Part shown: positions 12,001 to 24,285 of the stretch, in pieces
How positions within the stretch are numbered: position 1 is the stretch's first letter
Layout of the letters: every line of letters begins with the position of its first letter
Assembly (NCBI GenBank): GCA_028534125.1
Contig: CM052828.1
Coordinates: 60,264,001 to 60,328,000, forward strand
From: Lama glama
Lineage: Eukaryota
Length of the DNA: 64,000 nt
Direction: 5' to 3'
Notes under the pieces: model-generated
The model's database searches: none
The model's input: only the letters and a program-made list of their open reading frames with translations
What the model was told of the DNA's origin: nothing
Program-made: the position numbers and the translations under genes

Positions 12001-14699
12001 CATTTTTGAAAAGCAGGGGCAGGTGCTACGAGAGCTTCTTGGGTAAGAAGCCCAGGGCTTGTGGGGGAGGAGTGAGAAGTGGAGGTAATTCAGGTCTGTG
12101 CCATCATGATCCTGAGATGTCTCGCTTACAAAATGGTCCGTTTGTTGGCTCCCGCACGGGATGCAAAAGGTCATCTTTAGTTTTATACATTATATTCCTA
12201 AGACATTTCTGGCATGATTTTGTTGAACTTCGACATTTCTTGTTTCTCTTTCTCTTTTTAAAATTTAGGACTTCTGCAGTGTAGAAACACTTCTAGTCTT
12301 AACCTCAGTTCCCCACTCTTCCTTTCTGTTATATTCAGTATGTGTTTCGAGTCAGTTTATTTTCTTGAGTTTGTTACAAAAGAAGCAAGCATCTGCCCGG
12401 ATAACTGATGGAAAACCCATTTCCAGGGGGGTCCTCACTTGTGCGAAGTAGAGTTTTGCAGAGATTTCATGTTCTCTGGCAGGTAACCCGGGTCCACCGC
12501 CAGTGTCTGCGGGGGCTGCACTGGTTAGAAAGCCGATGCTCTGAGAGTGTAGCGTCCCTTTCCGTGGCTGTTGCACACACGTCTGTGCACAGATACACTC
12601 TCCCAGTCTGCCGTGCTAGCTAATGCAGTGCGGCCTTTGGCAAATTTGTTTCTCTCTGGGACTTAGAACCATTACCAGGTAATGTTTATAAAGGGCTTTC
12701 AAATGCATTACTTCAAAAATACATTTTTTTTCATTAAGCTGGGAAGGCAATGCAAATTATGTCAGAAGGCCCTTGAAACAATAATTTGTCTTTATGGAAT
12801 GTATCTTGCAAATGTTCCAAATGTATTTTTTTTAATGAAAAACACATACCGCACAGAACGTGTGTGTGATTGCCCAGAGTGATGAAATGGGGGGTGGTTT
12901 CTGCTCAGAGCATGTGATGCACACAGGATGGCAGCAAGGCCGCTGCTGGATTGGCTGTTGTGTCTGCGGGGACAGGAGAGTGGTCCACGTCATGCCTGGT
13001 CACTCACCACCCAGGCTGGGGCTGCTGGTCCAACCGTCACCCCCCGCAGCCCCTGGTCATTTAGACGCGCACTATTGTCAGTAAAGAAGTGCTGTCATCT
13101 CAGGGTTTGTGGCTGAAGTGAGCGGGCTGCTGCACTGCACGGTCGCTCGCATCCCGGAGCACATCTGTGTCCCTGGGAGCAGGCGCCGTACAAACAGCAG
13201 GTTCACACTCTGTCAGGGATGTGTTTTTGGACGGCTGCTTATTTTACCTTCAGAACACGTGAAGCGCTCCTGATCTTTTTATTTCTTTGAGGATGAACAG
13301 TTGCAGCATAGACGTTTAAATAATGCTTAATTTTTAAAGCAAGAGAATGAGACAAATGGATGTGTTCCGCCCAGACTGCACATCAGGTTTCTGTTTTCTG
13401 AGCTTAGTGTGTGATATTAGCCTATTAAATGGCGCGCTTTTATTTGATATGTTCTCCATCCCTGTTAGACGTCACTTCCACTGATGTTTCGTATTGTGTG
13501 CACGTTAGCACGTCTCTTATTAAAATACGCGGGCTGAAGGGGGAAAATAATTAGATTTATGGCTTTGTACTTGGAGTTTCTGATTTTAAGGTCTACTGAA
13601 AACTAACTCACGCTATGGTAGGTCCAAGGCCACTATTCAAATTAGCTAATCAAAGTGAAGCATCTCCTTTCTCACTTGCTCTGGAGAGGAATAAAGCAGA
13701 GGGCCAGCCTCCCCACTCAGGACAAAACAATTCAGGATTAACCATCGCAGCAAAACCCTTCAGCACAGTGTCACCATTAACCAATTAGTGACGGTAGTTT
13801 CTGCCTAACATAATACTCAAACTTCTTTGGGACAGCTGGGAGATGGTGATTTCCTGAGCCTCCAGACAAGAGGGAGGGTTTTGGGGTGACCGGTCCTGTG
13901 GCTCTGGTGGGACCTGACCTTACAGCCGTCCACCCAGGAGGATGTGCAGGACCGGGGCTCAGGCCTGGGACTGAAGTGCCAGGCCAGTCCTGGGAGTTGT
14001 GCGGAGAATTCTAGGTGCTTTCTACAACAAGCTGGCCAGCAGCTAGGGCCTAACTCCTGCCGGGTGCTTTCAGGAATGTGCTGTGGGATGCCATCCTTGC
14101 AGGCCTGGGAGGCGCTACTGGGGTTACTGCCTTTCCCCAGACACCCAGGAAGGTACGGCTCCCCCAGCCCTGCCACGTAAATGTCTCTTGATGAGTTTGT
14201 GGCCCCCCTAGACCCAGCCAGTGTTTTCCCTCGGGAACTTCTACGAAGTCGAGTCTCCCCCTCCCTGGCCTGCGTCTGAAGTGTTCACTAGTGATAATTT
14301 TCTGGAAACCTTTGTCTCTGATGACGGGGCGGGACTCCCAGGCCCTTTCTCATTAACTGCAGCTTCTTTGTGGCTGATCTTCTGTAGTGTAGGAAGTGGC
14401 TGGAGTCCAAGTAGGATCTATTAACAAGTTCAAAAAAACTGGACACCTCTTGCAAACTACAAATAATTTTTAAAATAAAAAAAAATCAGCGTTTTCAAGG
14501 AGGGCTGTCGCTTTCAACATACACGTCTCTCAGAGTTTGTCTGATGATGCCGTTTAAGCTTGAGGCAGCATTATTCCACATGTGATGGGAGGAGAATGAT
14601 ATTTGCAAAAATGCCCTGTACTTTTCCCCGAAGCTGTTAATATCTTCAGAAGCCACATGTTCCCTGTGAGGAACGGTATCAAAGATGTCACGCAGGAGA

Positions 14700-14880
14700 C
14701 AGCCTGGCTCTGCCGGCTTCTGGCTGTGTGACCCAGGACAGCGCACCCTGAGATCGCATCTTTCAAAGCCTAATGCTCCATGTCTGTAAAATGGGGTAAT
14801 GCCACCTACACCTTGGGTTTCAAAGATTAAATAAAGCAACATACATAAATATACATAAATCATGTGTCTCAAACCTTGAT
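14700..14880 (+). mobile_element. MIR SINE
   Basis: cctggctctgcc...gctgtgtgacc...tctgtaaaatggggtaat...acctac...gattaaat matches the MIR consensus. Confidence 0.65.
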
Positions 14881-16497
14881 GCAGTGTGGGTGTCTGAGAC
14901 CTCCTCCCTTCTGTTCCCATGATTATGGGGAAAAAGCAAAAAAGCATTTAGTAGTTTATTAAACGTTCTGTTAACACGTTTCCCACCTTGGGTTTTGCAG
15001 TCTTAAACACCTACCCTCCAAGGCACCTTTTATCTCCAGAATCCCTGTGAGTTACAAACCTAGTAAGTGAAGGTAACCCGCCGAGATTCACAGGGGCCAC
15101 TAATCCACTCCTGGAGCGTGACCACCTCTGGGTAAAAAGATCAATGCACATTTATCAGCTACATAACACCTCGACTAGAGTCAATGGGGTCCTTTTATAG
15201 AATTTCCTAAGGACGGAGATAAGAAGGCCTTCGTGACGGTGGCGTTACACCTGTGGGTGTTTATCCAGGTCTTTAAAAGATAAAAACTGTAATCAGGGAG
15301 TCAAATATTAGGCAGTTACACAACTTCAGAGACTAGATGATGAATTCATTCCCTTTCTCTCCAGTTGGGTGAGGGATTTAAATCAGAGACAATCATCTTG
15401 CCCCCAAAGGGTGTGATACTCCCTCGTGGACCGTGAAAGTAGTGGCTGAGAATCCTCTGCCTTCTGTTTGTTTGTTTTTCTGAACAAGTGGGTGCGTCTT
15501 CGCCGGCAAACCTGGGTGTTGACCGGAAAACGGGCTGCTCACCAGCTCCGTCCTCGGCTTGCCCATTGCATCACCATTCTCCTGCGGGCAGGGAGGACGC
15601 GGCCGCGGGGAATGCTCAGTCCATTCCAGCCCCTCTCCCCGAGTGTCCTGTGGTCTGTCTGCCCGAGGTCATGAGCCACGTTTTCCTCTGAGAGGTCTGC
15701 AGGCCTCGGGGCACACACGGCTCCCCGGGGGTCGTCAGAGCTCCCAGAAGATCCGCTTTGCTGGATGTTTGTGGCCGGCCTTCACTTTGTCTTCGCTGAG
15801 CTGCCCGAGTTGGGACAGCCTTGGCTTCCAAGTATGTGACATTGGATTGACAGCTGGTGACCCCTGAGCCTCATGCACGTGAGAGACCTGGAGGCGCCCC
15901 GGGCATGGTGGTCAGGGGCCGGTTGCCGCAGAGCTGCTGGCTTCTTCGGAGGCTGGCCCCGAGGGCCCGGCCGCTTCCCTCAGCTGCATGCGGAAGAGTG
16001 GGGCCCTGCTGTTTGGATGCGGGGCAGGCTTCAGGGGAAGGGCGATAGGAAGGAGAGCAGGCCTTCCAACAAGAGGGCGAGACCTGCCACGCCCAGAGCC
16101 GTCCTCAAGATGGGTGGGCAACAGCTCAGGAAGGGGGGGGGCAGAGGAGTCGGGAGGTGACAGGAAGGAGGAGGAAGACAGGCCCCGGGAGGCCGGGGTG
16201 TGAGGGGCAGAGGCATGCTCTGGGGAGCGACAGGGAATGCCAGCCAGAACAAAGCGGGTGTGACTGGAAGCGTGTGGTCCTCATAGCCTCCCTTTGCTGG
16301 ACGTGTAGTGTGTCAGGCGCTCCCCTGAGTAGTCGGCGTGCACGTCTCGGGACCTTCCCAGGAAAGCTGTGCAGCGGCATCCTGGTCCAAGTGCCACAGG
16401 TGAGGGAGCCCCGCCCCCGGGTGGCAGAGGCAGAAGTGGCAGCCAGGTAGGCCTGCCCGGCCCGCTCGCTGTCCAGCTGCTCTGGTTCTGTCCCCAT

Positions 16498-16718
16498 CAG
16501 GGTGTCGGAGCTTTTCTAGAAGGGGCTGGATACTAAATGTTTTAGGCTTTATGAGTCCTACAACCTCTGTCACCACCACTCAGTTCTACTCTTGCAGCTC
16601 AAAAGCGGCCGCAGACCATCTGTAAACGACCCGCCATGGCGATGTACCAGTAAAACTTTATTTACTGAACCGGCAGTGGGCCAGACTTGGCTTAAGGGCC
16701 TAGTTTGCTAAGGCCCAG
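16498..16718 (-). mobile_element. MER58A (hAT-Charlie MITE)
   Basis: ~220 bp with degenerate TIRs (cagggtgtcgg / tagtttgctaaggcccag). Internal taaatgttttaggcttt, actcagttct, gtaaac, taaaactttatttac. Confidence 0.85.
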
Positions 16719-18272
16719 TTTCCATAAAAGGGGGTGGCGTCACAGGGGGCAGGGAAGGCCAGTAAGGCCCAGAGGGGCAGACAGAGGAAGTAGGAATTTC
16801 CGGAGAAGGGACAGCAGGACCCAGCGCCGCCGCCTGGCCACAGCGGGTCACGGCGATGGTGGTTCTCACGGCAGTTTAATTTCATAACCTTTTCTACTGA
16901 AAAATTTTTCATACACTTAAGAAATACGAGTTAAAGGAGTCAGTGTCCTCAACTTGGTCGTTTTCTTTCCTGAGTGCCCGTGCCCCCACCTCCTCCTTCA
17001 GCGCTGTCCCCACCCCAGAACAGGCCCAGGCGGGTTCCGAGAGGCGCTCGGCCCTGTGTGAGAGGCCGTCTGAGTTCACAGAGCATGGCATTCTCCATCT
17101 CAGTCCTCTCGTCGGCTCCAGCCTCTTTGTGAGGGGAGTCAAGAGAACTGTCCAATGTCTTTTTGTGTTTCCTACAAAAAATACCAAACACAAGACGGTC
17201 CTTCGGCTGGTGAGAGGCACCTTACAGAGTCAGTTTAATAATCTGTACGTGTGTTTCCTGGTTGTTGGAAGAGCTCTGCTACGAGCAGACCGTTGTATTA
17301 TCACTCATTTTTGTTGACGGTGACACACCTTCAAATAGAACACGGAGGTGGCGCATCAGAACAGGCTTGAAGCTGCAGTTTCAAAGCATCGATCTGTGGC
17401 AGCGGTTCAAAGACAAACAGAGAAAACGCTGCCCACTGTCCACAGGAAAACAGCTCAAGGACGCAGCTGTTGATGCTGCTGAGAGCGCGGTGGCTCGTCT
17501 TGTTCTGTGCCCGGCGGAGGGTCCTCCGAGAGCACGACCGCGTTTGCTTTGTCTTTCCTTTTCTGCTGCGTCAGCAGCTCGGCCGCACCTGTCCGCCGGC
17601 CACGCCAAACAGACACCTTCTCGTCCTAGTTAGTGTCTCTGTGAGCCTCACGCCAATGGTCTCACCTCTGCCCGGCTGATGCACCCGGACAACTTCTCGT
17701 TCACCACTTAAGTGTTTCTCTAGGATCATAGGGTGTTAGAGTCGTCAGAGACCTGTAGGGCCGCCTGGCTCATTTCTAAGCCGTATCATGCCCATGAGAG
17801 AGCTTTGGTGAAGTCTGGGGGCCCCCCCAGGAACAGGTGTGCTTAAACCTCACATACCCAGGGGTCGGTCCTCGCAGCTCCTGGCATGCAGATACAGAAG
17901 CAGAGTGCTGTGATTACCAGAGAGATGCCTGGGTGTTTAGCCCATAAATGAGGTCTTTTCAAAAGATTAGCAACCTGTTTATCCCCATTTCTGCTTTCAT
18001 CGTCTGCCTGAGCTGAGTGAAATCGGCAGTGGTCTCTTTGAGTTCTAGAAAACAGGATTTTGGAACGCTCAACCAGGAAGCCAGACACCCTGGAAGCCCC
18101 GAGTTCCAGTTTTCATCAACTGTGGAAGTACTCTGGGTTTAGTGATTCTTTTGGGAGAAGAAAACCCACATCTGCTTTCCCCAAGGACAGGGCGTCAGTC
18201 AGGCCACCGGGTCTGGCATCCGTAAGTTGTAGCAGTGAAGCCACAGGATTCAGGCCCTTCTCAGGGGCAGAG

Positions 18273-18594
18273 CAGGGCGCGGCCACCTACATCCTGGGGC
18301 CATACTTGGCCCACACCCACTCCTGTAGGGTTGGTGGTCTAAGGCTGACGTTCACATTTCTAAAAGGATAGGAAACAAATTAGAAGAATGGTATTTCATG
18401 GCGCATGGAAATTATATGAAGTTTCAGTGTCCTTAAATGAAGTGTGATTGGCACATAGCCATGCCCATCGTTTACATAAGGCTGCTCTGGGGCCACAGGG
18501 GCAGGATTGAGTGAGTGCAGCAGAGACGGTTTGGCCTGCAAGGCCCCAGATGTCTCCTGTCCGTCCCTTTAAGAGGAAAAGTTTGCGACGCCCG
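18273..18594 (+). mobile_element. MER58B (hAT-Charlie MITE)
   Basis: cagggcgcggccacctac...agaagaatggtatttcatg...aaattatatgaagtttcagtgtcc...ccctttaagaggaaaagtttgcgacgcccg. Confidence 0.85.
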
Positions 18595-18633
18595 CAGTAG
18601 ATGGAGGTCACGCCTGGTGCCCTGTGCTGTCTG

Positions 18634-18800
18634 TCATTCACACCATCTGCTCTGAGCACTTACCAGGTTCTGTTTAGGTACCTGGCACCGTGGTTCTGAA
18701 ATCCCCCAGTCCCCTCTCAACCCACAGTGTCCGGAACTTCAAAATGCAACAAAGACAGGGACACTGATGGATAATTAAAATACACGTAGCTGACCGTTTG
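18634..18800 (-). mobile_element. Possible L2 3' end
   Basis: cattcacaccatctgctctgagcacttacc...taggtacctgg resembles the antisense L2 tail. Confidence 0.35.
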
Positions 18801-20452
18801 GCATTGAAGACCCAGACATGGCAGGCACACCAAACCCATTTCGAATGATTCTCCCTAAACACGTGCATTTTATCAAAGGCTGAGGAATCCCGCTTGTTTC
18901 AGGCACAGCGGCCACAGGACCCGGCTCAAGCTCTGGACGCGCTGAGTGTGTCTGCTTCCCTCCTCGGGCCTCTGGGGCAGGCCTCCTGGGGCCCACGCTT
19001 CCGGGGAGTACCCTTCTCCATGCAGCCAGGCTTGCAGAGCTCATGGTCGGGACAGCAGGCGAGTGTGGGCAGGACCAGTGCTGATGCGAAACCAAATGCA
19101 CGTTTGCCTGCCTGCTGTTTGGCCCGGAGTTTCTGGAACCTTTCAGTTACGCGTTATGTAATAAGAGCCAGTCAGCTCAGCGACAACGAGCTTCTGAAAG
19201 ACGGAAAGTGTCGTTTTAAAAAAAGGGGTGAACACACATCAGGCTGTAAAACCGAGGTCGTCTTCTGTTTGCCGCCGGTTGGCTGCCTGTCCAGTCGTTG
19301 CCTCTGAGAGCTGGGTCCCTGTTCTCAGAATTGCCAGCGGGGGCTGTAATCCTCTCCGGGTCTCCTCAGCGCCTCAGGACTGGATGATTGCCGTGTAATG
19401 AGATCAGGCTGTCACTACACCAGTGTGGGTGTGAGCGCCACGGAGCAGACCGCTGCCCCTTGCAGGGCCTCCCCCGGGGGGCCGAGGGCTTTGTCAGCGT
19501 GCCAGGTGAGGGCTGTGTCCTGCCCTATGCCTGGGGCCGGCAGTCGTGGTGGAAATCTGGCATCTCAAGCTCCCCTTCTGACGTTTTGACTTTTCTATTA
19601 CTGCCAACATTGAAGGGCACCAGTGACAGTGAGAGAGATACGCGGGGACATCCAGGTTCGCCTTGCGCTGCATTTCCTGCTGCTCCCTGTGTCACCTCCA
19701 GGGAGAAGCAGGTTAGCACAAAGCACCCGAAGTGGCCACTGGAGTTGCAGCTTTAAGCCCCTGGCGTTTACTTAATGAGAATTAACTTGAGGGAAAGGAA
19801 CGCAGTCTCCTCTTCTGCGATGTTCAGGGATACCGGTGTCACCTCCAGTGGTGGGCGGTCGGTAGTGGGAGCAGATGGACTTGAGCAGAGGCAGAGGCTC
19901 ACTTCCCGACGGACCCGCCTCTCCTGCCAAGGGCAGCATCTGTGCGCCACGGTGGCTGTGTGAGCGTGCACGGAGCCCTGGACACCGAGCTGGGCCTCCG
20001 CGTCCACCGCCTCACTTAGCCCCTAACGCCTCTTTGAAGTAAGTACTTCAGTAACCCCCGAGCCAGTGGAGAGGCCGTGCTCAGAGAGCCTTGTTGTCTT
20101 GCTGAAAGTCACCTGGCTTGGAGGAGTTCAGGTCCATGTGACTGTTGCCACCTGTGCTCTTAGCTGTCGAGTTAAGTGGCGACGGGGGACTTTGCGTCCT
20201 TTGTCGTGATCTGCGCTGGGAACTGCAGCAGGGCAGCCACGCAGGAGTTCTCCATCGATGGACAACATTCCAGGCAGTTCCAGGAGGTCCGGCAGGTGGC
20301 CCAGACTCAAAGCAAGGAAACTCAGCTCCCAGCTTGGCGCCCTCCAGAGGCTCAGCTTCCTGCTGGACGAAAGGCAGGGCCCTTGGCCGTGGGTTCCTGC
20401 TTGTTCTTGGAGGAGCCGGTTCCCAGGGGTGGGTTGGTGTGGAGGAGGCCAG

Positions 20453-20487
20453 TCTCCTCCGGCCTCTCCTCCAGCCTCTCCTCCAGC
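20453..20487 (+). repeat. 12-bp tandem repeat (TCTCCTCCRGCC) x~3
   Basis: tctcctccggcc tctcctccagcc tctcctccagc, seen directly. Confidence 0.8.
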
Positions 20488-21909
20488 GAGGGCACCTGGT
20501 CTGTTCTGGACGCTGAGGGTTTAGGCACTGAGCGACCTGAAGCCTTCCTTGCCAAAGCCATCACAGAATGGCAGGTAAGAGCAGATTAAAGAGGAGAGCC
20601 GCTCAGGGAAATTTCTGTATTTTTAATGGAGCAGAAAACAGTGTTTAGCTTCTAAAGGGAACTGCAGAAAGAGAGCTCTTAATAGGTTCAGTCTGCTTTT
20701 TCTCCCTGTGGGCGCAGCTGGCCCTGATGAGATGGTGCATGTCATTAAGGGCAGGGTTTTGCCCAGAAAAAATTAGGAGGCGCTGTGAAGGGGTAAGCGA
20801 CTTGTGGTGAGAGTGAGGAGGGGACCGTGAGGTCAGCGGCCTTTCTTTTTTGGAGGAGAGACATCTGGTGACCGTGGCAAGCTCTGTCGATGTCCTGCCA
20901 CACCAGAGGCACTGACCGTGCGGCCAGGGGAGGCTGAGGGCTTCCTGCCGTCTCTGACAAGCCACTGTCTCCTGAACTTCAGTCCACTGGTGGCGAGATG
21001 CCAAGGGCCCTTGCCTCGTGAATGCCCTCCCCTGGGGTAGCTGCTCACAGAAGGGTCCCGTTTTATTACCGAGAGGCCTTTGAAGGCGACAGAAATGCTT
21101 CAGAATGTCACATCCCTCAGTAATGCATATGGCATTTGGTGGAGAGAGAAAGCGCATCTTACCTTTCCTGCAGTGGCTGTGCGTTATACTTTATTTCATT
21201 TCTGGTAGCCGCACTTGTCTGGCGTTTTAGTGCTGCACACAACGCTGCAGCAGACCCCTTGGCACCACGTACACCGTGAGAACGTGGTGCCGGAAGGGGG
21301 CCAACGGTGTGAGCAGAGAGAGTTTCTCACTCCCCCGTCCCGATTTGTTTCCATCAGTGTTTGAAGACTAAGTCTCTGTGCCCCTAGACTCTGTAATGTG
21401 ATGAGACTCCGAACGCAGGTGGGGACAGGCCAGGGGCCACCACTCTGGCTGGAGTCCTTGAGGGTTTCCAGTGCTGGAGTGGGTGTCTCAGATCCTACGC
21501 CCCGACCTCCTAGGGTCCAGGCTGCTGCCCCCACCCCGCCCTACTGGGTTCGGAGCATCTTCTGGAACAAGCTTGGGCAGTGGAGAACCACCGTCCTGAG
21601 AGTTGGGAGCTGAGGCTGTGACAGCTGACAGCTTTTCATCCCCTCTCCCCACGCCTTCCGGCTGCGCTGTGAAGTGGCCTCAGGGTCAGGATACCAATGA
21701 AGAGAAAGCTTCAACTGGACATCGGCATTCTTATCCGAAGCCTCAGAGAAAGCGCAGGAAACAAGGTGAGGAAGCCGCCTCTCCGTGAGGAAGGCAGCCC
21801 AAAGAGGAAGAGCCGTGGTGGCGAGTGGAAGGCGTTGTGCTTTATGGCCCAGCAGGTGCCCGGGCTGGTTATCTGTGGTGGACGGTGACACTGTCTCTGT
21901 GACACGGCA

Positions 21910-22438
21910 CGTGCTTAGGCTCAGATTTACCCTATGACCTGGCAGCCCCACTCCTCGGTGCCCACCCCAGATGACCGAGAGTAAGCGCTGGACGCGGGCG
22001 TACAGTTGGGGTCCACGAAGGCTCCCAGGGCGCTGTGCAGCAGGGCCCCGGACAGAAGACGGGCGAGCCCCGTGCGGTCCCTCCGCGCAGGCTGTTCCTC
22101 AGCCTCAGAAAGTGAAGCACCGCCACCGCCACCGCCACCGCCACTGCCTGGACCGACCTTGAGGACATTCTGCTGCTCGAAAGAAGCCAGACACAGAAGT
22201 TCACATGGTCTCTGATTCTGCTTCTAGGAAATGTCCAGAAATGGCAAATCAGTGGGGACAGGAAGTAGACAGACGGCTGCCAGGGGCCAGGGAGGGGGGG
22301 ACTGCTTTGGGCGAGGGGTTTAGAATCTGGCGGATGTGGTGGTCGCACGATGTTGTAGATGTACTAAATGCTGTCAAGTGGTTCACTTTAAAATGGTTCA
22401 TGTCACGTTATGGAGACTTCACTCTGGTAAAAAAAAAA
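21910..22438 (+). mobile_element. L1MB-type 3' end with poly(A)
   Basis: ttaccctatgacctggcagccccactcct, gaccttgaggacatt, gaaagaagccagacacagaag, aaatgtccagaaatggcaaatc, gtactaaatgc, cactttaaaatggtt, followed by an A10 tail. Confidence 0.85.
22118..22147 (+). repeat. (CACCGC)5 microsatellite inside the L1MB
   Basis: caccgc x4 + cactgc, seen directly. Confidence 0.9.
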
Positions 22439-23190
22439 GTTTTTTTTTAAGAAACACTTCAAAGGCGCAGTACAAGGAAAGAGAGCAGACTTCTGTTTCC
22501 CGTTTCGTGTTCCGTTTGCAGGCAGAGATGTGCACGTTCCATTTTGACAGTGGCTCTGATTGAGGGTCAGCTGGCTGTGCTCAGACCGCAGGCCGTGTGT
22601 TGACCTTGGCATTGGCTCAGAGCCGCTTGGTGGGGCTTTGTGCAGGTTTTCTCCTCACTTGAGATTTGGATCAGATGTTCCCTGGTGGGTGGGTGATTTT
22701 GGTTTGAGCAAGTGGCAGTATCGATCCTTTATTTTATGATAAAAAGGAAAACTAAGAAGTTTTCTGTAGGTTTAAAACTTGTTGGTCACCAGGTTCTTTT
22801 GGTACAGCTCTGTCACAGGCCAGTTCTGTCAGCCACCACCCTCCCCACGGGAGGCGGAGGTATTTCGTGAAGCGAGGTGTCTGCCGGGTGTCCACCTCAG
22901 AGGCTCAGGACATGTCACGGGTGTGGGCGATGGGTTTCTAAATGCTTCCTGTTTCACAGAAGCTTCTCTTCCCTCCACTGGTCCTCCCTCCGGCCGCACC
23001 CTCACTGGACTGTCTGCGGTCCACATCCATCACAGCGACTGCTGCGTCTGCCGCAGCCCCTGGCTAATCCAGGTGGGAGTTCACAGCGGGTTTCCAAGAG
23101 GACCGGCTGCATGCCTTCTCGGTGCAGGCCCTGAGGGGCGAGTGGGATGGACACAGTCCTTGCTCTCAGGAGCCCCTGGCCTTGGATGCT

Positions 23191-23299
23191 GATGATGCTC
23201 TGAATGTGGAGCTCAGTGAAACTCACCCCTTGGACGCAGCGGTCAGTGCTCAGACAGTACTTGGATGATGCTCTGAATGTGGAGCTCAATGAAACTCAC
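23191..23299 (+). repeat. 36-bp direct repeat, two copies, 37-bp spacer
   Basis: gatgatgctctgaatgtggagctcaRtgaaactcac at 23191-23226 and 23264-23299, with one mismatch. Confidence 0.95.
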
Positions 23300-23639
23300 A
23301 GGGACCGCACAGCAGGCTGTGGGAACTGGGGACAGTTGTCATGAGAGGGATTAAAACTTTAAGTGGATTTTGAAGATTGGGTAAAATTTGCTCTGTGTTT
23401 TAATTTAGTACCTGTTATTATTTTATATAACAAAGCTAGACATAGCTGTTGTCCCCAGATCAGACACTACAGACAGGAGGAAAAAGACTGAAAACAGTCG
23501 TATCTGACTAGTCAAGACAAGACCGGGGCATGGTGCACGCCTCTTTCCAGAAGCCCTCCCGCTGCCATACGCACTTGGTCACACGCGCTGTCCATCCACC
23601 TGCTGCTCAGCGCGTGCCGGGCACGGAGCTAAGGAGACA

Positions 23640-24285
23640 CATACAGAGAGAGAGGAATGGAACCAGGACATCCACAACGTGTTGTAATCTGCTTTTTCTT
23701 CTAATAGCGTATTGATTTTCCCCCATGTAAACACATTTATTTCTTCAGCATCATTTTAAATGACTGCGAACTGTTCCATCACGAAGCTCTGACAGTCACT
23801 CACGTGTGCCCTTGCGGTGGATTTTCCACTCTTGCTGGGATGTCAGGCTGTGATGAACCCCTGGTCCAATCACTTGCACACCTTCCCTTACTTCCTTTGG
23901 GTCAGTTCTCAGAATCGTTGCACCAGGGGCATGGACTGTTACAGGTCTTTTCTGGCGCTCCCCTGGACGGCCTCCTCAGCTGCACGCATTTCCACTCTGC
24001 CCAGCAGGAGTGTTGTGTCTGTTGCCCTGAGAGCTCACCGAGAATGCTTGGCCGGTTTGTTAGGTGAGATCCACCACCCATTTGCGTTGATGTGATTACA
24101 CTGAGCACTAGGTTTCACACGCTACCTCGCGATTTCCCCCCTCCCCCCCCTCCTCCCCCTCCTTCCCGCCGGCCTCCTCCTCTCTCCCTTCTTCCATTTC
24201 CTCTTCCTCTGCTTTGAATTGCCTGTCACACTGTCGGCCCGTTTCTCCTGTTGTTTTTATTACTGGTTGGTAGGAACTTCATTAC
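23640..24285 (-). mobile_element. L1ME-type 3' remnant, interrupted by a pyrimidine tract
   Basis: ttgtaatctgctttttc, catcattttaaatgactgc...ttccat, gctgtgatgaac, ccagcaggag, tttgaattgcctgt resemble antisense L1ME. Confidence 0.6.
24133..24210. repeat. C/T-rich low-complexity tract
   Basis: Almost pure pyrimidines with several C-runs. Confidence 0.85.

Noticed and set aside
20525-20580. Strong donor CAG|gtaaga after an open frame
   Set aside because: No good upstream acceptor, and the peptide is not recognised.
23191-23299. CRISPR-like geometry (36-bp repeat, 37-bp spacer) or C/D snoRNA (TGATGA...CTGA)
   Set aside because: Only two copies, mammalian context and no cas genes. No convincing terminal stem or guide for a snoRNA.
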